Part shown: piece by piece, positions 29,869 through 39,200 of the stretch
How positions within the stretch are numbered: position 1 is the first letter of the stretch
Layout: the number at the start of each line of letters is the position of its first letter
NCBI GenBank assembly: GCA_035390885.1
Contig: DAOOUW010000007.1
Span: 84-64,083 of the forward strand
Direction of reading: 5' to 3'
DNA length: 64,000 nt
Source of the DNA: Bacteroidota bacterium
GTDB lineage: Bacteria > Bacteroidota > Ignavibacteria > UBA10030
Made by a program: the position numbers and the translations under genes
Notes under the pieces: generated by a model
What the model was told of the DNA's origin: nothing
The model's input: only the letters and a program-made list of their open reading frames with translations
The model's database searches: none

Positions 29869-30684
29869 TCATGGTATTTTAATCATGGTCAAAACTACAG
29901 GTAATGGTAAAGCTGGTGTAGCTATAGCATCTGCCGTAAAATTAAATGAACCACCTGCACCAAAGCCAGCATTAAAACCTGCACCTATTGGAACCCAATT
30001 ATTTTTTGGACTATCGAATACAATATTTGCTCCAACAGCTGCACCTACTTCTAATTCAACTGTGTTTTGATTACCATCTTTGCAAGGATACGGTTGAAAC
30101 GATTCTAAAGAACCTTTTTGTACTGATGCTTCTACACCAATACTTGCGTTAAATCCAACACTTGGACCTACACGAGCAAATGCCATTGTTGTGCTTAAAT
30201 CTGATAAACTTATTGCAAAACCAAATTCCCAATTGATTCCTAAATGTGCAAATGCAACTGCACCAGAAAATGCAATTGATAGCACACCTCCATTACTTTG
30301 TTTTCCATTACTATTTATTTGTTGAAATCCTAAAATATCAAAATAGTTCACCGGCTCATTCAAACAATATTCATACAAATTACTTTGCATTCCTTTAAAC
30401 CCAATCGGGTCCTTACTCGTCCACCTGCCGATTGTTGCATCGTAATCCCTCGCACCAAATCTTGTTAGCTTAGTTTTAGTTTCATACAATCCACCACAGA
30501 AGCCAAACGGGGTAAAGTCAGGGTTGCTGTCGTAGGATACATTCCCATACTCATCGTAATCTAGTCTCTGCATCACTGTTCCTGTTGCAACATCTATCAC
30601 CAAGCGCACTGAGCCAAGGTGGTCGGTAATGAGCTGATATTTGCTGCCGTCTTTTCGCGTTTGCAGCATAATCCCTAAACCCAA
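29869..30684 (-). CDS. Orphan RHS cassette 4: core end plus glycine-rich C-terminal domain of unknown family
   Basis: Homology starts at ..[14 protein letters not shown] and runs through ..GRWTSKDPIGF..EPVNYFDILGFQ. A ~150-aa Gly/Ala/Ser-rich tail follows (29872-30320). No proper N-terminus (TTG or internal ATG). Confidence 0.7.
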   Translation of the reverse strand: MGLGIMLQTRKDGSKYQLITDHLGSVRLVIDVATGTVMQRLDYDEYGNVSYDSNPDFTPFGFCGGLYETKTKLTRFGARDYDATIGRWTSKDPIGFKGMQSNLYEYCLNEPVNYFDILGFQQINSNGKQSNGGVLSIAFSGAVAFAHLGINWEFGFAISLSDLSTTMAFARVGPSVGFNASIGVEASVQKGSLESFQPYPCKDGNQNTVELEVGAAVGANIVFDSPKNNWVPIGAGFNAGFGAGGSFNFTADAIATPALPLPVVLTMIKIP

Positions 30685-30727
30685 AACGCAAATATATAAA
30701 TAAGCACATTAACTACTTACACAACAA

Positions 30728-31123
30728 TCATTTTCCGTGCGATATATTTATTATCTCTCCATTCTTTTTCCTAACCACAATCTCAGCAACTCCTCCCCAA
30801 AAAGAATCTCTAGGTAAACTTCCATATACAACCCAATAGCCATTTCTTTCTACTGCTGTAAATGGCCTCTCCCTCTCTATGACATCCTTCCCATATACTC
30901 GCGACAAAATAATAATAGCAATCTCCACTGCAGTTATGGAATCAGGTATTACCCCTTCTGTAGGTATGTAATTATATTCTTTCTTCTCCAAAACTCTCGT
31001 AAGGTAATAATTTAGATAGTAATCTCTAAACCAAGCTCTTTTTGTACTATCAACTTGTGCAATTGAAATACTAAACCAAAAATTAACAAATAATACGATC
31101 ACAATTACATAATATCTACACAT
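30728..31123 (-). CDS. NTF2-fold immunity protein (Imm-NTF2-like) with signal peptide
   Basis: Signal peptide MCRYYVIVIVLFVNFWFSISIAQ. ..AVEIAIIILSRVYG...RPF.AVERNGYWVVYGSLP...GGVAEIVVRKKNGEIINISHGK matches the Imm-NTF2 pattern. The start at 31123 follows GAGGAGGAATATA. Confidence 0.6.
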   Translation of the reverse strand: MCRYYVIVIVLFVNFWFSISIAQVDSTKRAWFRDYYLNYYLTRVLEKKEYNYIPTEGVIPDSITAVEIAIIILSRVYGKDVIERERPFTAVERNGYWVVYGSLPRDSFWGGVAEIVVRKKNGEIINISHGK

Positions 31124-31140
31124 TATATTCCTCCTCTCTA

Positions 31141-32268
31141 CTATAAGCAATCACAAGGTACTTCTCCTTCCTTCTTTTTAGGATATGGAAGATTTCTTAC
31201 TTCCCACGTCTTTGGATTAAACATCTTGATTATTCCTTTCGGTGTCCCCAAATATGAATTTCCCTTTATCACTTCAACTGAAACGTAAATATCCGAACCA
31301 GAAAAGTTCTCATTATTCCAACCAACTGTTCTCCTGCCATGCGTATGATATATCGCAACTGCATTAATAGGTCGCCTTATTGCACCACCACTCTCTGATA
31401 ACTGTATAGGCTCTGTATATGAATATGTCCCATTCTTATTTTTTATAATGAATCCCCCATACTCACGCCCTTCTTTTATTGATTGGTAATTGATAGCATT
31501 TATGGCTTGAGCACCAGCAATCTCTTCATTCGAATAACATCTCTTCTTTAATCCAGTAGGATCAATGAAGTTTATTGGATCATTGAGACAATAAACATAT
31601 ACGTTACTCACTCCCCCTCCAAACCCTATCGGGTCTTTTGCTGTCCATCTTCCTGTCTCCGCATCGTAATCTCTTGCACCAAATCTTGTTAGCTTTGTCT
31701 GGTTATCATATAAACCTCCACAGAAACCAAACGGGGTAAAGTCAGGGTTGCTGTCGTAGGATACATTTCCATACTCATCGTAATCCAGACGCTGCATTAC
31801 TGTTCCTGTTGCAACATCCACTACCAAGCGCACTGAGCCAAGATGATCTGTAATGAATTGATATGTTGCGCCGCCTTTTATCATATAGTTGCCTGCAAAT
31901 CTTGCAACGATGTTGCCTGCGCTATCGAGCTCCGCTACCGGCGTTAATTGTCCTGAGTATATCCACTTCTTAACTATCTGCCCGTTAAGCTTCTTGCCGA
32001 TCCTGCGATTCTGTCCATCTATAATGTAATCAATACGGTCTTTGTTCGGTAGAATGACTGTTATCAAATTTCCAAAGTAATCGTAGGTGTATCGTGTCGT
32101 GTCAGTTCCTTCCACTTTCATCCTTAACTCACCGTTTGGTGTGTAAAAGTATTGTGCATCTCCATAACTCAGCATTCTATCCTGTGCATCGTAACTGCCA
32201 CTATCTACTCTGCTCGGTGTCCAATGGCTTATACGATTACCATTGGCATCATAACTACAATCGGACAT
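31141..32268 (-). CDS. Orphan RHS cassette 3: core end plus DUF4329-like C-terminal toxin
   Basis: Homology starts at YDANGNRISHWTP and runs through DPINFIDPTGL. The tail (31144-31550) contains EYGGFIIKNKNGTYSYTEP and IYHTHG...FSGSD. Confidence 0.75.
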   Translation of the reverse strand: MSDCSYDANGNRISHWTPSRVDSGSYDAQDRMLSYGDAQYFYTPNGELRMKVEGTDTTRYTYDYFGNLITVILPNKDRIDYIIDGQNRRIGKKLNGQIVKKWIYSGQLTPVAELDSAGNIVARFAGNYMIKGGATYQFITDHLGSVRLVVDVATGTVMQRLDYDEYGNVSYDSNPDFTPFGFCGGLYDNQTKLTRFGARDYDAETGRWTAKDPIGFGGGVSNVYVYCLNDPINFIDPTGLKKRCYSNEEIAGAQAINAINYQSIKEGREYGGFIIKNKNGTYSYTEPIQLSESGGAIRRPINAVAIYHTHGRRTVGWNNENFSGSDIYVSVEVIKGNSYLGTPKGIIKMFNPKTWEVRNLPYPKKKEGEVPCDCL

Positions 32269-32367
32269 TTATCCAAATCGGTCATTGCATGACTATAGGA
32301 ATATCGAAGTCAGCTTACGAGTTTTCCACATCTTTCTATTACACTGATACAATATTTTTCTTATTCT

Positions 32368-32829
32368 CTATCGAATAATTTGAGCTAATATAACCCCAGC
32401 TAAGCAAGATACAACAATCAATATTGTAATTATAATCTTAATATATTTGGGCTTTAATTGAGAAGATGTTACCGGTAGAAATTTGGAAAGATATTCAGCT
32501 CCATCACGGCACCAAATCCACCAAAGTAAAAGCCCATAACACGCAATTACAACTATTAACCATCCAATCTTCGAAATATTAAACCCACCCTCTTCAAAAA
32601 CATAAAATGGCGTTTCATAGCCGCCACATAGTTGAATGATCTGTAGCAGGATAGACGGTATTCCAATAGCAACTGCTACACGAAATTTGAACTTCTTAAT
32701 CTCATCTTTTGTTACTTTGATCCATTCGAGCTTATATTCACTAATATCAGGATATGCTAAATACATAATAAAAAACCATAATACCGCATGCAAAAACCAG
32801 AAATATTTCAGTATAATCATATTACTCAT
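32368..32829 (-). CDS. Multi-TM membrane protein, candidate (orphan) immunity protein
   Basis: 153 aa with 4-5 hydrophobic helices. AT-rich. Sits between two cassettes with no toxin of its own. Confidence 0.4.
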   Translation of the reverse strand: MSNMIILKYFWFLHAVLWFFIMYLAYPDISEYKLEWIKVTKDEIKKFKFRVAVAIGIPSILLQIIQLCGGYETPFYVFEEGGFNISKIGWLIVVIACYGLLLWWIWCRDGAEYLSKFLPVTSSQLKPKYIKIIITILIVVSCLAGVILAQIIR

Positions 32830-32887
32830 TTCTCATATTGAATTTGAGATCTTGAAATAACAACTTTCGTTAAAAGATTACCGAATG

Positions 32888-33163
32888 CTAAACAAATGGC
32901 TCACCACAAAAATCACATTTTTTTCTTGTACAAGCTGTTCTCATAGCAAATTTGAACTTCCCCCACTTATATTTATGCAATCCTACAGGCCTGTTACATT
33001 TTGGACATTTGAATTTTGAATCAAGATATTCAATAAGAATAGTAAATGGAAGTGCCAACAAACCAAATATTACGTGAACAGTTCCTCCAAGAATACCTAA
33101 TGCAAACACACCAAATGGAAAAAAAACAAACCACAACAAATTCCTTCTTGTTCGAATACGCAT
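32888..33163 (-). CDS. Small membrane protein with C-terminal zinc-ribbon, candidate immunity for cassette 2
   Basis: 91 aa with two TM helices, then CPKC..(31 aa)..CDFC. Starts 14 nt after the toxin stop, with AAGGA upstream. Confidence 0.45.
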   Translation of the reverse strand: MRIRTRRNLLWFVFFPFGVFALGILGGTVHVIFGLLALPFTILIEYLDSKFKCPKCNRPVGLHKYKWGKFKFAMRTACTRKKCDFCGEPFV

Positions 33164-33176
33164 AGGAAAAATCCTT

Positions 33177-33935
33177 TTATTTATGGCACGGGTCTTTTTT
33201 GCCTATTCCAAATAATTCACTCAGACTTCGGAAAGCGTTTTTTAGTGCTTTTCCAATGTCGGCAAAAGTGAACGTACCAGTCGTTGTAACAGATGATGAT
33301 GCTCCAAGACCAGGACCAAAAGATACAAATGCACCATTAAAGCCATTAACATCAGATGATATTGTTCCCGATCCTTGTAATGCATTTATATCTAAATTTA
33401 AACTTGTACCCTCAAGTTCTCTTAATGCAAATCCTGCTCCGATACCAACCCCAACATTTGCACCTCCAGACAAACCAATTGTACCATAAAACCCTGATTC
33501 TGAGAGATTACCCATATCAACAACAATTCCAATACCAGCCTCTATCCCAAAGATCCCAGTCAAATCACCTTCTAAACCGATGTAAATATCTTGTGTCCCA
33601 AGTAAATCGAGTTTGTTTATCGGATCATTTACTACATACTCATACAAATTACTCTGTTTCCCTGCAAAAAGAATTGGGTCTTTACTCATCCATCTTCCCG
33701 TTTCAGCCTCATAATCCCTCGCACCAAATCTTGTTAGCTTCGTCTGGCTGTCATACAAACCACCTGTCCCGCTAAAAAACAGCGGGATTTCGGTTTTGTT
33801 ATAGCTTATAATTGTGACCTCAACATAACCAAACGGCTGGAAATCGGGGTTGGTATCGTAAGTTACGTTTCCATACTCATCATAATCTATCCTCTGCATT
33901 ATTGTTCCTGTTGTAACATCCACCACCAAGCGCAC
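33177..33935 (-). CDS. Orphan RHS cassette 2: core end plus glycine-zipper-rich C-terminal domain
   Basis: Homology begins at (L)[14 protein letters not shown]; the ORF as drawn starts at a GTG. It runs through [12 protein letters not shown], and the tail (33180-33600) is rich in GxxxG/GIGxG repeats. Carries the 63-nt hairpin segment at 33765-33827. Confidence 0.7.
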   Translation of the reverse strand: MRLVVDVTTGTIMQRIDYDEYGNVTYDTNPDFQPFGYVEVTIISYNKTEIPLFFSGTGGLYDSQTKLTRFGARDYEAETGRWMSKDPILFAGKQSNLYEYVVNDPINKLDLLGTQDIYIGLEGDLTGIFGIEAGIGIVVDMGNLSESGFYGTIGLSGGANVGVGIGAGFALRELEGTSLNLDINALQGSGTISSDVNGFNGAFVSFGPGLGASSSVTTTGTFTFADIGKALKNAFRSLSELFGIGKKDPCHK

Positions 33936-33978
33936 TGAGCCAAGATGATCTGTGATGAGGTGAAAGAAATTAATTTTT

Positions 33979-34362
33979 TCAATCCCAATAACTTCGACCG
34001 CGCTTTAATTCTAATTCAATTCTATTACCATTCTTCAAAGTTAATACACCAACTAATTTCTCCTTCGATATTTTTCCTATAAACCTTCCTTCATCTAACG
34101 AAGGTGACGGAATTGAAAATTTGACTGTATCGTTCTCGATTATTGGTTCTATAAGGATTAAACTATCAGGCTCGCCTTCCGCTGCTTGAAACGTTCCTTC
34201 ATACCCATATCTTGTATAAACAATTCTGATTTCAAATCCAGATAAATCTCCCGACTCATCAAAATATTGCAAATTAGTAAATGTGCCTGTTGCTTTATTT
34301 TGAGCTAAACAAAAGTTAACACAAAAAAATGCATAGGCTAAAATAACAATATAAGTTTTCAT
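33979..34362 (-). CDS. Secreted small protein, candidate immunity for the M15-like toxin
   Basis: 127 aa with signal peptide [21 protein letters not shown]. Begins 16 nt after the cassette 1 stop, with AAGGGAAG upstream. Confidence 0.5.
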   Translation of the reverse strand: MKTYIVILAYAFFCVNFCLAQNKATGTFTNLQYFDESGDLSGFEIRIVYTRYGYEGTFQAAEGEPDSLILIEPIIENDTVKFSIPSPSLDEGRFIGKISKEKLVGVLTLKNGNRIELELKRGRSYWD

Positions 34363-34377
34363 AGATTTCTTCCCTTT

Positions 34378-35619
34378 TTATGGACAATTACAATTCACTC
34401 CTTGCTGATATTCTTGTTGTGCTTGACGTATTCGTGCCGTTCTATCTCCAGGATCAAAATAAAAATGCCAGTTTTCCGGACGAGTATGCCAATTACCACC
34501 CCAACTAATTCCAGCGTGATACGCATTTTGAACAACAGTATTTTGTTGCTGTGCGGTTAATTGACCCCATTTAATATCCACAGCAAATCCTGCTTCATGT
34601 AAACTGGATCCAGCAGGTGCAGGGGCGATAGCATTAGGATCGTTCTGGAGATCCCGTTGTCTTGCCGTTGTCCTAAATCCACTTGTGAAAGAGACATTTA
34701 TTCCCGCTGCAGCATTTGCATTAATCCAATTCCTGATTAAGGCACCAAATGCTTCATCAAGATAGGTATTTCCCATTCCCGGAAGATTAATTCTACAGAG
34801 CCTTAACCCTGAAGGATCAACAAAGTTTATCGGATCATTGAGACAATAAACATATACGTTACTCACTCCCCCTCCAAACCCTATCGGATCCTTACTCGTC
34901 CATCTTCCGGTCTCCGCATCGTAATCTCTATATCCAAACCGCACAAGTTTGGTTTGTGCATCATACAATCCACCACAGAAGCCAAATGGCTGGAAGTCGG
35001 GGTTGGTATCGTAAGTTACGTTTCCATATTCATCGTAATCCAGGCGTTGCATCACTGTCCCTGTTGCAATATTTATTACAAGCCTTACACTGCCTAAATG
35101 ATCTGTTATGAGTTGATATGTTGCGCCGTCTTTTATCATATAGCTGCCTGCAAATCTTGCGGTGATGTTCCCTGCGCTATCGAGCTCCGCCACTGGCGTC
35201 AGTTGTCCTGAGTATATCCACTTCTTAACTATCTGTCCGTTGAGCTTCTTGCCTATCCTCCGATTCTGGCCATCTATAATGTAATCAATTCTGTCTTTGT
35301 TCGGTAGAATGACTGTTATCAAATTTCCAAAGTAATCGTAAGTGTAGAAAGTTGTGTCGCTTCCTTCCACTTTCATCCTCAACTCACCGTTTGGTGTGTA
35401 GAAATATTGCGCATTGCCGTAGCTCAGCATTCTATCCTGTGCATCGTAACTGCCACTATCTACTTCGCTCGGTGTCCAATGGCTTATACGATTTCCATTG
35501 GCATCGTAGGTATACTCGGATATCAATGTGTCGTTTCTCCATACTTTCCAGAGTCTTCCAGCGATATCGTATGCATAGCTCTTCTTTACCTGCTTCCCTT
35601 GTAATATCCATTGCTCCAA
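34378..35619 (-). CDS. Orphan RHS cassette 1: core end plus LAS/M15 (VanY-like) peptidoglycan peptidase toxin
   Basis: Core runs from SYAYDIAGRLWKVW to DPINFVDPSGL. The tail (34381-34800) has SGFRT..RQ, SSLHEAGFAVDI (SxHxxGxAxD) and NWHFYFD. The 5' end is a TTG in a frame shifted relative to upstream homology (35620-35690). Confidence 0.75.
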   Translation of the reverse strand: MEQWILQGKQVKKSYAYDIAGRLWKVWRNDTLISEYTYDANGNRISHWTPSEVDSGSYDAQDRMLSYGNAQYFYTPNGELRMKVEGSDTTFYTYDYFGNLITVILPNKDRIDYIIDGQNRRIGKKLNGQIVKKWIYSGQLTPVAELDSAGNITARFAGSYMIKDGATYQLITDHLGSVRLVINIATGTVMQRLDYDEYGNVTYDTNPDFQPFGFCGGLYDAQTKLVRFGYRDYDAETGRWTSKDPIGFGGGVSNVYVYCLNDPINFVDPSGLRLCRINLPGMGNTYLDEAFGALIRNWINANAAAGINVSFTSGFRTTARQRDLQNDPNAIAPAPAGSSLHEAGFAVDIKWGQLTAQQQNTVVQNAYHAGISWGGNWHTRPENWHFYFDPGDRTARIRQAQQEYQQGVNCNCP

Positions 35620-35712
35620 CTTTCGTTAGCAAGCCATCATTATCATACGCAAAATCTATTGTATGACTTATTTAATCTTAGAGAGATTACCAAATGTTGT
35701 TATGAAACATTA

Positions 35713-36261
35713 TTAATTATCCTCTTTTACCAACATTGTCCTAACAGAAGCATTATCAATAATTAACCACTGAGCTTTATACCTGCCTGCACCGTCAGAA
35801 AATATTCCAGATATTAAAAATCCCCCTTCGACTTGAATTACCGAAAAATCCTTTTCATCTGGTTGATTAAACCAAGGATCATACATACAAGAGACATCTA
35901 GTGGTATTATTTCCCCATTAACCTTAGCTTGAGCTTCCAATAGAATGTATTTTGGCATTTCCCAATCCGTACCAAAAACAGGTTTATCATCGATCAATAT
36001 TACTCCCTCCCATTTATCAAAAGGTGATGCTGGCCTTCCACGTTTAATGGTATGTTGCGTTGAATCAAACGGCATGGCTTTAAGAGAAAGTATAATATTA
36101 CATCCTAAGTTTAGATCGGCTCTCTCAATAAAATTATCAACCGAATCGCAACTAACATTATTTTGATTAGGTTTTGAAAACTGCGATAAAGCTGTTGAAC
36201 TAACATAAATAAATAAGCACACGAATAATGATTGTTTAATGATTATTAAATTTGTTCGCAT
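35713..36261 (-). CDS. Secreted protein, candidate cognate immunity for the main RHS toxin
   Basis: 182 aa with signal peptide ..FVCLFIYVSSTALSQ. Starts 10 nt after the main RHS stop and is preceded by AGGAGAAAAGT. Confidence 0.55.
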   Translation of the reverse strand: MRTNLIIIKQSLFVCLFIYVSSTALSQFSKPNQNNVSCDSVDNFIERADLNLGCNIILSLKAMPFDSTQHTIKRGRPASPFDKWEGVILIDDKPVFGTDWEMPKYILLEAQAKVNGEIIPLDVSCMYDPWFNQPDEKDFSVIQVEGGFLISGIFSDGAGRYKAQWLIIDNASVRTMLVKEDN

Positions 36262-36270
36262 ACTTTTCTC

Positions 36271-39200
36271 CTAATATTGTACATACAAATATACCATGGG
36301 GGTTCCAGCTTCAAAATATGGCTTTACCTGATTATAAAAATCTTCTGATACAGAGCATAAAACACCAATGCAGCCTTCGGTACCTTCAGGTGGGGCATCT
36401 GGATGAATTCTTAAATAATCTCTTCCAGGTGCATCACTTAAATCAATACTCCATCCCATTTCTTCACCAGGACAAACCATCCCTTTCATTGTTCTTCGTC
36501 TCAGATTAGTAGCTTCATATATACCTTCTGGTAACCGACCTTTTCCATATGGTCCAGATATTGCTGGATACATTCCAATAATAATTCCATTCCCAACATT
36601 TGTTTTAATAGTTAAAGTATTGCCATTAAATGTCATTACAATGTTTGAAGGACTTTCTTGACCATATATAACTTGAAAGCCCTTTCTATCGAACAGGTTA
36701 ATCGGATCATTCAAACAATATTCGTACAAATTTGAAACGCCGCCTCCAAATCCTATCGGGTCTTTCGCTGTCCATCTTCCCGTTTCAGCATCATAATCCC
36801 TCGCACCAAATCTTGTTAGCTTTGTCTGGTTATCATATAAACCTCCACAGAAACCAAACGGGGTAAAGTCAGGGTTGCTATCGTAGGATACATTTCCATG
36901 CTCATCGTAATCCAGGCGCTGCATCACGGTTCCTGTTGCAACATCCACTACAAGTCGTACGCTTCCTAAATGATCTGTTATGAGTTGATATGTGTTGCCA
37001 TCTTTTATCATATAACTACCTGCAAATCTTGCTGTGATGTTCCCTGTGCTATCGAGTTCTGCCACTGGCGTTAATTGTCCAGAGTATATCCACTTCTTAA
37101 CTATCTGTCCGTTAACCTTCTTGCCAATCTTGCGATTCTGTCCATCTATAATGTAATCAATTCTGTCTTTGTTCGGTAAGATGACTGTTTTTAAGTTTCC
37201 AAAGTAATCGTAGGTGTAGAAAGTTGTGTCAGTCCCTTCCACTTTCATTTTTAACTCACCATTTGGTGTGTAGAAGTATTGCGCATTACCATAACTCAGC
37301 ATTCTATCCTGTGCATCGTAACTGCCACTATCTACTCTGCTCGATGTCCAATGGCTTATACGATTTCCATTGGCATCATAAATATAGACAGAAACTAATG
37401 TATCATTTCGCCAGACTTTCTCTAACCTGCCTGCGATATCATAACTATACCTCTTGACTGTTGCTACACCTTCTACTGCCTCTGTTATCTGAGTTATGCG
37501 TCCAAGCGAGTCTCGCTGGTAATTTGTACCGAAGATTGTGTTTGTGCCATATTTTGCATGGTAACTTGCAAGTTCTCCAAGTGTACTATAACTCTGACTC
37601 GTTGTTACATTGCCTAAAGTTGTTCCACTGATTCTGCCTGTTGCTGCTTCCCTTGTAATATCCATTGCTCCAACTTTCGTTAGCAAGCCATCATTGTCAT
37701 ACGCAAAGTCTATTGTATTATTGCCATTGATACTCTGGCTCGTTACTCTCAGGTTTTCATCGTAGGTTACCGAGACTGTGCCAACAACTCCACCTCGCCA
37801 CGTTACACTCGTCGGTAATGTGCCATCGTAGCTGTAAAGCAACGTATCTTCTGGCGAAATTAGTGTATCCAGAGTGCCTGTTATTGGATTATAGCCAAAG
37901 GTTAATGCTCCTCTGTCGAATAGTATCTTCTTCGGTCTGCCAACAGGTCCGCAACTACCACAGCCTGTACTATCATAGAGTGTCTCTATTACTCCTCCAT
38001 CCGGTCGAATGACTCGCACTACATCTCTATCCTTGTTATACTCATAGCGTGTGTTCAATGTATCCGTTCCTAATACTGGCGGCGCATAGAGTGTTGTCAA
38101 ATCTACTTTGTTATACTCAAAACCATGGGCTGGTCTTGCAGGCGGTATGAGCGTTGTCAGGTTCCCATTTGCATCGTAGGTGTAAAGTATCTCGTGCCCA
38201 TCGGGCAATACTTGCCGGGTTATTCTGCCTACCGAGTCGTATTCAAATCTCGATACTCTTTGAATCGGATCTGTTGCTGTGGCAAGCCAGCCTCTATTGT
38301 CGTAAGTATAGCTTGCCGTGCGTCCAGCTTGTGTTACAGTGATAAGTTGTCCTTTTGGATTGTAGCTGTAATAGGTAGCTTCTATACCAGGAATCGAGTC
38401 TTTGATTACTCTGCCTTTCTCATTTATCCAGCTAAAGGTTTCTCTGCCTTCAGGGGAAATAGATCTGAAGAGCTTATTTGCTCCATCCCAGATTGTTTTA
38501 TACACCCTGTCATTAACAACAACCGAGTCTGTTAGTCCAGTTACTTCCATGCCGGTCATTTGAGAGATAGTACGGTATTGTTCAACTCTTGATTCTAAAC
38601 CGCTTGGTAATGTGGTAATTGTTGTTGTAAGTGGGGCTTGCATACCAAAGCGTGGGTCGGGTGAGTACTCAGTCTTTATTGTTGTACCATCGGACAAAAT
38701 ACTAGTTATTGTGCCATCACCTGGAATTATGTCAACAGTTGTTCGACCAGCTTCATCTGTTGAAGTTCTTTTTATTCCGCCTATTGGTAAATTCTCCAAT
38801 CTGTATTTGCTCTGTCTGCCTTCAGCAGTTTTCACAGATATTTCAAAACCAGTGGAAAACTGAGACCGATCAAGTGCTGTAAAACCGCCTGCTGGATCCA
38901 TATCCAGAACTAATCTTCCAACAGAATCGTAGAGGAAAGAATGAACATTACCATTCGCATCTGTAAAACTTGTCATTAAACCATCTTGTGTAAATGTGTA
39001 ACGAAATAATTCACCAGCTGGATTACGTATCGAAGAAATCAGTCCAACGCTATCAAGCACGATGTCCGTTTTTTGTCCATATGGTGAAATGAATGATTGC
39101 AGTCTCCCTTGCCCATCCCATTTTATTGTAGTAGCAAGGCTGTCTACATCCAAAATGGATTGTAGATGTCCGGTCGTATCGTATATAAATGAGTATAAAC

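Noticed and set aside
28891-33827. Diversity-generating retroelement, group II intron or retron as the source of cassette variation or of the structured repeats
   Set aside because: No reverse-transcriptase ORF, template/variable repeat pair with adenine-specific differences, or intron domain V/VI motif was seen anywhere in the 64 kb.
27950-37700. The repeated ~0.4-1 kb blocks considered as a CRISPR array, integron cassette array or IS copies
   Set aside because: The repeats are protein-coding RHS core sequence of variable length with unique toxin/immunity spacers. There are no short regular direct repeats, no attC-like R'/R'' core sites, and no integrase or cas genes in the window.
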